A DNA stretch of 64,000 bases from the human T2T-CHM13v2.0 reference genome, Homo sapiens: NCBI RefSeq assembly GCF_009914755.1, contig NC_060926.1. One strand, written 5' to 3'. The notes below the pieces were generated by a model that was not told where the DNA came from, did no database searches, and saw only the letters and a list, made by a program, of their open reading frames with translations. Positions 54,574-64,000 of this stretch are shown here, piece by piece (the stretch's first letter is position 1; each line of letters opens with the position of its first letter). The translations under genes and the position numbers were made by a program.

Positions 54574-57500
54574 TCAACTCCCACTTATGAGTGAGAACAT
54601 GCAGTGTTTGGTTCTCTCTTCCTGTGATGGTCTGCTGAGAATGATGTTTCCAGCTTCATCCATGTCCCTGCAAAGGACATGAACGCATCCTTTTTTATGG
54701 CTGCCTAGTATTCCATGGTGTATATGTGCCACATTTCCTTTATCCAGTCTATCACTGATGGGCATTTGGTTGGTTCCATGTCTTTGCTATTGTAAATAAT
54801 GCTGCAATAAACATACGTGTGCATGTGTCTTTATAGAAGAATGATTTCTAATCCTTAGGGTATATACCCAGTCATGGCATTTCTGGGTAAAATGGTATTT
54901 CTGGTTCTAGATCCTTGAGGAATCACCACACTGTCTTCCACAATGGTTGAACTAATTTACACCTTCACCAACAGTGTAAAAGCGTTCCCATTTCTCCACA
55001 GACTCGCCAGCATCTGTTGTTTCCTAACTTTTTAATGATCAACATTTTAAACAATGTGAGATGTTATCTCATTGTGGTTTTTATTTGCACTTCTCTAATG
55101 GCCAGTGATGAAGAGCTTTTTTTCTTATGTTTCTTGGCTGCATAAATGTCTTCTTTTGAGAAGTGTCTGTTCATATCCTTCACCCACTTTTTGATGGGGT
55201 TGTTTTTTTCTTGTAAATTTATTTAAGTTCCTTGTGGATTTGGGATATTAGACCTTTGTCAGATGGATAGATTTCAAAAATTTTCTCCCATTCTGTAGGT
55301 TGCCTGTTCACTCTGATGATAGTTTCTGTTGCTGTGCAAAAGCTCTTTAGTTTAATTGCATGCCATTTGTCAATTTTGGCTTTTGTTGCAATTGCTTTTG
55401 GTATTCTAGTCACGAAGTCTTTGCCCATGCTTATGTCCTCAATGATATTGCCTAGGTTTTCTTCTAGAGTTTTTATGATTTTAGGTATTACTTTTAAGTC
55501 TTTAATCCATCTTGAGTTAATTTTTGTATAAGGTGTAAGGAAGGGGTCCAGTTTCTGTTTTCTGTATATGGTTAGCCAGTTTTCCCAGCACCCTTTATTA
55601 AACAGGGAATCCTTTTCCCATTGCTTGTTTTTGTCAGGTTTGTCAAAGATCAGATGGTTGTAGATGTGTGGTGTTTTTTTTTCTGAGGCCTCTGTTCTGT
55701 TTTATTGGTCTAAATATCTGTTTAGGTACCAGTACCATGCTGTTTTGGTTACTGCAGCCTTGTAGTATAGTTTGAAGTAAAGTAGCATGATACCTTCAGC
55801 TTTGTTCTTTTTGCTTAGGATTGTCTTGGCTATATGAGTTCTTTTTTGGTTTCATATGAAATTGAAAGCAGTTTTTTCTAATTATTTGAATAAAGTCAGT
55901 GGTAGCTTGATGGGAATAGCACTGAATCTACAAACTACTTTGGGCAGTATGACCATTTTCGTGACATTGATTCTTCCTATCCATGAGCATGGAATTTTTT
56001 TGTGTGAAAAAAAAATCTTGAATTTGTCTGTGTCCTCTCTTATTTCCTTGAGCAGTGGTTTGTAGTTCTCCTTGAAGAGGCCCTACATGTCCCTTGGAAG
56101 TTGTATTCCTAGGTATTGTATTCTCTTTGTAGCAACTGTGAATGGGAGTTCACTCATGATTTCACTCTCTGCTTGTCTGTTATTGATGTACAGGAATGCT
56201 TGTGATTTTTGCACATTGATTTTGTATCCTGAGACCTTGATGAAGTTGCTTATCAGCTTAAGGAGTTTCTGGGCTGAGACAATGGGGTTTTCTAAATATA
56301 CAATCATGTCATCTGCAAACAGAGACAATTTGACTTCCTCTTTTCCTATTTGAATATCCTTTATTTTTTTCTCTTGCCTGATTGCCCTGGCCAGAACTTC
56401 CAATATGTTGAATAGGAGTGGTAAGAGAGAGCATCCTTGTCTTGTACTGGTTTTCAAAGCGAATGCTTCCAGCTTTTGCCCACTCAGTATGATATTGGCT
56501 ATGGGTTTGTCATTATTATTATTATTTTGAGATATATTCCATCAACACCTAGTTTATTGAGAGATTTTGGCATGAAGGAGTGTTGAATTTTATTAAATGT
56601 CTTTTCTGCATCTGTTGAGATAATCATTTGGTTTAGTCATTAGTTCTGTTTATTTGATAGATTACATTTATTGATTTGTGTATGTTGAACCAGCCTTGAA
56701 TCCCAGGGATGAAGCCAACTTGGTCGTGGTGGATAAGCTTTTTGATGTGCTGGTGGATTCGGTTTGCCAGTATTTTACTGAGGATTTTTGCATTTTTGTT
56801 CATCAGGAATATAGGCCTGAAATCTTTTTTTGTTGTGTCTCTGCCAGGTTTTGCTATCAGGATGATGCTGGCCTCATAAAATGAGTTAGGGAGGGGTCCC
56901 TATTTTTCTATTGTTTGGAATAGTTTCAGAAGGCATGGTACCAGCTCCCCTTTGTACCTCTGGTAGAATTTGGCTGTGAATCCATCTGATTCTGGGCTTT
57001 TTTTGGTTGGTAAGCTATTAATTACTCCCTCAATTTCAGAACTTGTTATTGGTCTATTCAGGGATTCGATTTCTTCCTGGTTTAGCCTTGGGAGGGTGTA
57101 TGTGTCCAGGAATTTATCCATTTCTTCTAGATTTTCTAGTTTATTTGTGTAGAGGTGTTTATAGTATTATCTAATGGTAATTTGTTTTTCTGTGGGATCA
57201 GTGGTGATATCTCCTTTATCATTTTTTATTGTGTCTATTTGAGTCTTCTCTCTTCTCTTTTTTATTAGTCTGGGTAGCAGTCTATCTATTTTGTTAATCT
57301 TTTCAAAAACCAGCTCCTGGATTCATTGATTTTTTTTGAAGCGTTTTTCATGTCTCTATCTCCTTCAGTTCTGCTCTGATCTTAGTTATTTCTCATCTTC
57401 TGCTAGCTTTTGAATTTATTTGCTCTTGCTTCTCTAGTTCTTTTAATTGTGATATTAAGGTATTAATTTCAGATCTTTCCCACTTTCTGATGTGGGCATT

Positions 57501-58390
57501 TAGTCCTATCAGTTTCCATCTTAACACTGCTTTAACTGTGTTCCAGAGATTCTGGTACGTTGTCTCTTTTTTCTCATCCATTTCAAAGAACTTCTTTATT
57601 TCCACCTTAATTTTGTTATTTACCCAGTAGTTATTCAGGAGCAGGTTGTTCAGTTTCCATGTAGTTGTGTGGTTTTGAGTGAGTTTCTTAATCCTGAGTT
57701 CTGATTTGAGTGCACTGTGATCTGAGAGACTGTTATGATTTCAGTTCTTTTGCATTTGCTGAGGAGTGTTTTATTTCCAATTATGTGGTTGATTTTAGAA
57801 TAAGTGCTATGTGGCACTGAGAAGAATATATATTCTGTTGATTTGGGGTGGAGAGTTCTGTAGATGTCTATTAGGTCCCCTTGGTCCAGAGCTGAGTTCG
57901 AGTCCTGAATATCGTTGTTAAATTTCTCTCTAGTTGATCTAACATTGACAGTGGGGTGTTAAAGTCTCCCACTATTATTGTGTGGGAGTCCAGGTATCTT
58001 TGTAGGTCTCTAAGAACTTGTTTTATGAATCTGGGTCCTTCTGTATTGGGTGCATATATATTTAGAATAGTTAGCTCTTCTTGTATTGATCCCTTTACCA
58101 TTATATAATGTCCTTTGTCTCTTTTGATGTTTCTTGGTTTAAAAACTGTTTTATCAGAGACAAGGATTACAACCCCTGTTTTTTTTCTTTCCATTTGTTT
58201 GGTAAATATTCTTTCATCCCTTTATTTTGAGCCTATGTGTGTCTTTGAACATGAGATGGGTCTTCTGAATACAGCACGCCAATGGGTCTTGACTCTTTAT
58301 CCAATTTGTCATTCTGTGTCTTTTAATTGGGACATTTAGCCCTTTTACATTTAAAGTTAATATTGTTATGTGTGAATTTCATTCTGTCAT
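54574..58390 (-). pseudogene. Disrupted L1 ORF2 (EN/RT)
   Basis: EN motifs ILNIYAPN and IVGDFNTPLS; RT motifs TRQGC and LFADDMIVY. Many stops and frameshifts. Confidence 0.93.
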
Positions 58391-58453
58391 CATGATGCTA
58401 GCTGGTTGTTTTGCACATTAGTTGATGCAGTTTCTTCGTAGTGTTGTTGGTCT

Positions 58454-59479
58454 TTATAATTTTGTGTGCTTTTACAGTGGCTGGTACCAGTTTTTCCTTC
58501 CCATATTTAGTGCTTCCTTCAGAAGCTCTTGTAAGGCAGGCCTGATGGTGACAAAATCCCTCAGCATCTGCTTGTCTGTAAAGAATTTTAATTCTTCTTC
58601 ACTTATGAAGCTTAGTTTGACTGGATATGAAATTCTGGGTTGAAAATTCTTTTCTTTAAGAATGTTGAATATTTGCCCCCACTCTCTTCTGACTTGCAGG
58701 GTTTCTGCAGAGAGATCCACTGTTAGTCTGATGGGCTTCCCTTTATAAGTAACCTGTCCTTTCTCTCTGGCTGCCTTTAACATTTTTTCCTTCGTTTTAA
58801 CCTTGGAGAATCTGATGATTATTTGTGTTGGGGCTGTTCTTCTCGAGGAGTATTTTAGTGACGTTCTCTGTATCTCCTGAATTTGAGTGTTGGTCTGTCT
58901 TGCTAGGTTAGGGATGTTCTCCTGGATAATATCCTGAAGTGTGTTTTCCAGCATGGTTCCATTCTCCCCATCACTTTAAGGTACACCAATCAATCGTAGG
59001 TTTGGTCTTTTCACATAGTCCCATATTTCTTGGAGGCTTTGTTCATTCCTTTTCATTCTTTTTTCTCTAATCTTGTCTTCACACTTTATTTCATTAAGTT
59101 GATCTTCAATCTGTGATATTGTTTCTTCTGTTTGATTGATTTGGCTATTGATACTTGTGTATACTTCATGAAGTTCTTGTGCTGTGTTTTTCAGCTCCAT
59201 CAGGTCATTTGTGTTCTTCTCTAAACTGGCTATTCTAGTTAGCAGTTCCTGTAACCTTTTATCAAGGCTCTTCGCTTCCTTGCATTGGGTTAGAACATGT
59301 TCCTTTAGCTGGGAGGAGTTTGTTATTACCCACATTCTGAAGTATACTTCTGTCAACTCATTAATCTCATTCTTCATTCAATTTTGTGCCCTTGCTAGAG
59401 AAGAATTGCAATCATTTGGATGAGAAGAGGTGTTCTGGTTTTTGGAAGTTTTGGCTTTTTTGCGCTGGTTTTTCCTCAT
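58454..59479 (-). pseudogene. Disrupted L1 ORF1
   Basis: MRKNQRKKA..., SLQEIWDYVKRPNLRLIGVP and KPIRLTVDLSAETLQ, split by stops. Confidence 0.93.
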
Positions 59480-61299
59480 CTTTGTGGATTTTTCTACCTT
59501 TTTTTTTTGAGACTGATGACTTTTGGATGGGGTTTTTGTCGGGGGGAGGGGACTCCTTTTTGTTGATGTTGATGATGTTGCTTTCTGTTTGTTAGTTTTT
59601 CTTCTAACAGTCAGGCCCCTCTTTTGCAGGTCTGCTGCAGTTTGCTGGGGGTCCACTCTAGACCCCCAGGTGTCACCTGCGGTATCACCAGTGGAGCCTG
59701 CAAACAGCAAAAATTGCTTTCTGCTCCTTCCTCTGGAAGCTTCGTCCCAGACAGGCACCAGCCTGATGCCAGCGGGCGCTCTCCTGTATCAGGTGAATGT
59801 CGACCCCTGCTGGGAGGTCTCTCCCAGTCGGGAGGCACAGGGCTAAGGGACCCACTTGAGGAGGCAGTCTGTCCCTTAGCAGAGCTTGAACACTGTGCTG
59901 GGGGAATCCTCCTTGTTAGGATCCGCTGCTCTCTTCAGAGCTGGAAGGCAGGAGTGTTTAAATCTGCTGAAGCTGCTCCCACAGCCACCCCTTCCCCCAG
60001 GTGCTCTGACCCAGGGAGCTGGGAGTTTTATCTATAAGCCCCTGACTGGGGCTGCTACCTTTCAGAGATGCCCTGCCCAGTGAGGAGAAACCTAGAGAGG
60101 CAGTCTGGCCAAAGCCACTTTGCTGCACTGCGGTGAGTTCCGCCCAGTCCAAACTTCCTGGCCTCCTTAGCAATGTCAGGGGAAAACCGCCTACTCAAGC
60201 CTCAGTCATGGTGGACGCCCCTCCCCCAACCAAGCTGGAACGTCCAAGATGGACTTTAGACTGCTACAATTGCTACGCTAGTGGAGAGAATTTAAAGCCA
60301 GTGGTTCTTAGCTTGCTGGGCTCCACGGGAGTGGGACCCGCTGAGTGAGACCACTTGGCTCCCTGGCTTCAGCGCTTTTCCAGGGGAGTGAACGGTTCTG
60401 ACTTGCTGGGGTTCCAGGCACTACTTGGGTACGAAAAAAAAAAACTCCTGCAGCTAGCTTGGTGTCTGACCAAACAGCCACCCAGTTTTGTGGTTGAAAC
60501 CCAGGGCCTTGGTGGTGTAGGCACATGAGGGAATCTCCTGCTCTATGGATTGCAAAAACCATGGAAAAAGCGTAGTATCTGGGCTGGATAGCACAATCCT
60601 TCATGGCTTCCCTTGACTGTGGGAGGGAGGTCCCTGGCCCCTTGCACTTCTTAGGTGAGGCAACGTCCCACCCTGCTTCTGCTTGCCCTCTGTGGGCTGC
60701 ACCCACTGCCTAACCAGTCCCAGTGAGATCAACTGGGCACCTCAGTTGGAAATGCAGAAATCACCCACCTTCTGCATTGGTCTCACTGGGAGCTGCAGAC
60801 TGGAGCTGTTCCTATTCAGCCATCTTGCCAGATATATTTACTCAATATTGTTTACGGTCATCATATAGTCCCTTTTGTGCAATGTTTTATTTATACTTTG
60901 AAAGAATATGAATTCTGCTGTTATTAGTTGTGGTGCTCTGTGAGACCAATTTTCATAAAAATATTCAAGTCTTCCATAATTTACTGGTTTTATAAATATG
61001 TTTTTTATTAATTACTGAGAAAGTAATTTTGAAATATTTACATATAAATGTATTTCTTGTGTTTTTTTCTTTTCCATTCTGTGTTCATATTTTATGTAAG
61101 TATACACTTATCACTTTTATGTAAGTATACAAATAGTATTTTCATATCTTCTTGAAGAATTGACCCTTTTATTATTATAAAGGGTTGCTCTTTATCACTG
61201 GTAATATTATTTCTTGTGAAGTCTTCTTTGTTTTATATTAACACAACCATTCCAGCCTTCGTTAGTATTGTTGACTGCATGGTATATTATTCTTCCATA

Positions 61300-61642
61300 T
61301 GGCAGCCCCCCATCTGTGGTTTTACTTTCCATGATTTTAGTTACATATGATCAACTACAGTTCAAAAATAGATAAGTACATTACCATAATAGATTTTAAA
61401 AGGGAAAGATAGAGACAGCACATTTATCTAACTTTTATTATAGTATATTATTATAATTGTTCTAACTTATTAAGTATCATTGTTAATCTCTTACTGTGCC
61501 ATACTTATAAATGAAAGTTTATCATAGGTATGCATAGGTAGAAAAAGAAAACAGTAATATAAGCTTCGGTACTATCCGCTGTTTCACACACCCACTGAAG
61601 GTCTTGAAATATATTCCCTGCAGATAAGGGAGGACAACCGTA
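61300..61642. mobile_element. MER44A-like (Tigger7-derived) MITE
   Basis: gttaatctcttactgtgcc...ttcggtactatccgc...gcagataagggaggac. Confidence 0.8.
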
Positions 61643-62079
61643 CATTCAACCTTTGTTTAAGAGGCATCTCAAAGTGGAGACTATGTGTTTGCCTATTATG
61701 TATTTATTCATTATTACATTTAATGCTTTATGATCAGAGTGTTTAGATACTTATATTTAATGCTATTGCAAATATGATAGGCTTTACTGGTACTATATGG
61801 CTATTATTTTCTATGTGTTTACATCTGTTGTTTGATTATTTAATTGGGCATATATAAATTCCATTGCTTTTTCTCTTCCATTAACTTAGAAGTCATAGAT
61901 CTTTGTTTTATTTGTTTTATTGTGGCTATTAAAATATCACTCCATGTTTATAAGAACTTGCAATGAATATATTTCCCTTCCTGTTCTTTGTGCTAGTATT
62001 TTCACACACCTAACTACTGCATATTTTACAAATCATCCTATTCTTTGTTATTATTTTTGTTTTGAAGCAATAAAAATAA

Positions 62080-63565
62080 AAACAGAGATAAAACCTTTCA
62101 TGTCTATCCATGGTTCCTCATGTAAGGAACTTGGAAGTCATCACTCATAAGTACAAAGGTGAACAGACTGAAAAACCAGCAATTATTCTTAAATTCATAA
62201 ATGAAGTAGGAACATGGAATGAAAATATCTCCAAGATTGGAGAGACAGACAGATGAATACAAGGAGTCACAGCATACCAGAGCAAAGACTCACTAGCAGG
62301 AGCTGCCTCAGGATTAGAGAAGCCTAAACTGTAATTAATAAACTGCTGGAGGGTTAGTATGGGCAAGTCCTAAGAGTTTAAACCTTCAGGGGTAGCCATT
62401 CATAAGCCACCTTCCCTCCACACGTACTTTTGTGAATTTTACCTCCAGAAGCTCAACGAGGATCTCTCAGTAAATATAGGAGAAAAATCCTCTTCTGTTT
62501 CTGGGGGGCTGGGGTGGGGGATATAAACCCTTTGAAATATGCCAGAGTACTTTGTTCTTTTTAGCAAGCCCTGACCTCAGGAGAAGCTAGTTAATCTGAG
62601 CTTATCCTGCGGGGAAATTATCATGGTCTAACTAACCTGGGAAAACGGAAATACCCAACTCCAGCCAGCTCTAAACTTCCCATGCGACGTAAGTGAGAAA
62701 CCTAAATCCAGACCGCTCTGGCCATCCTGCCCCACTTAAGGAGGAAGAGAAAACCTGAGAAATACTTACGAAGTTCATAGACCTGAGGCATGGGTCCACT
62801 GTACGTCTGAGAAATGAGGACTATAGAATGCTTACACTCCCCTGACATCATCACATTATTAAAGGCCTATTTACACTGTTTCCTTTTACCCAGGACATCA
62901 TGATCAGCTATCAAGGAAAAATACAATAAGATATAGTATAAAGCAAAAATAGCATTTGAACAACAGCATGAGCATAAGAGCCAGACTTGGCAGGGATGTT
63001 GGAATTATCTGACTAATAATTGAAAACAACTACAATTAATATGCTAAGGGCTCCAGTGGACAGACAACATGCAAGAACAGACAGACAACATGAACAGAAA
63101 TGGAAATCCTAAGAAAGATCTGAAAAAAACGCTAGAGATCAAAAGCACTGTAACAGAAATGAAAATGTCTTTGATGAGTTAATTAAACTGAACAAGGCTG
63201 AGAAAAAAAGTCTCTGAACTTGAGAATATATCAATAGAAACTTTTAGAACTGAAAAGCAAAAAGAACAGACTGGAAAAAAATAGACTATCCAAGGACTGT
63301 AGGAAAACTAAAAAAGATGTAACACATGTGTAATGGTAATACCAGAAGGAGAAGAAACAGAGAAATAAACAGAAGACATATTTGAAACAATGACAGAATT
63401 TCATCAAATTAATGTCAGATACCAAACCCCAGATTTAGGAAGCTCAAAGATCACCAAGCAAGATAAATGCCAAAATAAGTACTGTTTTCAAACTGTAGAA
63501 AGTTAAAAATAAAATAAAATATTGAAAGAATGCAGAGGAAACAAAAGCCACCTTACCTATAGATA
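62080..63565 (+). mobile_element. Old L1M (L1MC/MD-like) 5' region and ORF1 relic
   Basis: gcagggatgttggaattatctgac, aaaagcactgtaacagaaatgaa, taataccagaaggagaaga, cagatttaggaagctca. Confidence 0.7.
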
Positions 63566-63639
63566 AACACCTTTCTTTGTCTTTTTTTTTTTTTTTACTG
63601 TTGTTGGTTTCACGTCTATTTTATCTTTTATAAGAATTA

Positions 63640-64000
63640 CTACTGCTGCTAGTTTCTTTTTTCCATTTGTGTGATAAATCTTTTTCTATCCTTTTGCTTT
63701 GAGATTGCAGGTGTCTTTAGCCATTGTGGGAGACTCTTGCAGGTAGTAGACAGTTTTCCAATTTATGTCTTTTAAGAAGAATATTTAGGCCATTTATATT
63801 CAAGGTTAAATTGATATATGAGACTTTTTTCCTGTCATAGTCATGTTAGCTAGTTGCCTTGGAGTCTCAATTGTGTTATTGCTTTATAGGTTATATGAGC
63901 TTTCTATTCTCATGTGCTTTAATGATGGCAGGTATCATCATTTTGTTTCTATGTTTAGAAGTCCTTTGAGCAGTTCTTACAGGGACTGTATAGTGGTCAT
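63640..64000 (-). mobile_element. Old L1 ORF2-start/ORF1-end fragment
   Basis: ttccatttgtgtgataaatctttttc, atttaggccatttatattcaagg. Confidence 0.6.

Larger units (their letters stand above)
54350..60835 (-). mobile_element. Full-length (~6.5 kb) inactive L1PA7/8
   Basis: 5' end revcomp ggcaagatggctgaataggaacagctcc, then GC-rich 5' UTR, ORF1, ORF2 and 3' UTR in order. TSD acttactca (54341) / atttactca (60836). Inserted into an older antisense L1M. Confidence 0.97.

Noticed and set aside
59378-60911. Dense overlapping ORFs on both strands
   Set aside because: Expected in a GC-rich L1 5' UTR.

Overview
AT-rich primate nuclear DNA (human or ape by its AluY and L1PA content), made almost entirely of interspersed repeats. 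I found no convincing protein-coding gene. The ORF-track entries are L1, Alu, ERVL or NUMT relics, microsatellite translations, or chance ORFs. The main contents are: a 5'-inverted L1PA; two ancient ERVL relics, one with an LTR16C-like LTR at each end; a ~3.3 kb NUMT (ND4 3' end, tRNA-His/Ser/Leu, ND5, ND6, tRNA-Glu, CYTB 5' end); a U6/L1 chimeric retrocopy; a full-length dead L1PA7/8; and many Alus, solo LTRs and MITEs. I see no support for a new biological system. The best leads are mutational and retrotransposition fossils: a template-switch hairpin in the NUMT, an indel-free ND6 copy, a U6 junction inside L1 ORF1, an unexplained 169-bp direct duplication, and Alu junctions without target-site duplications (TSDs). 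Repeat subfamily names come from remembered consensus sequences and need RepeatMasker/Dfam confirmation.
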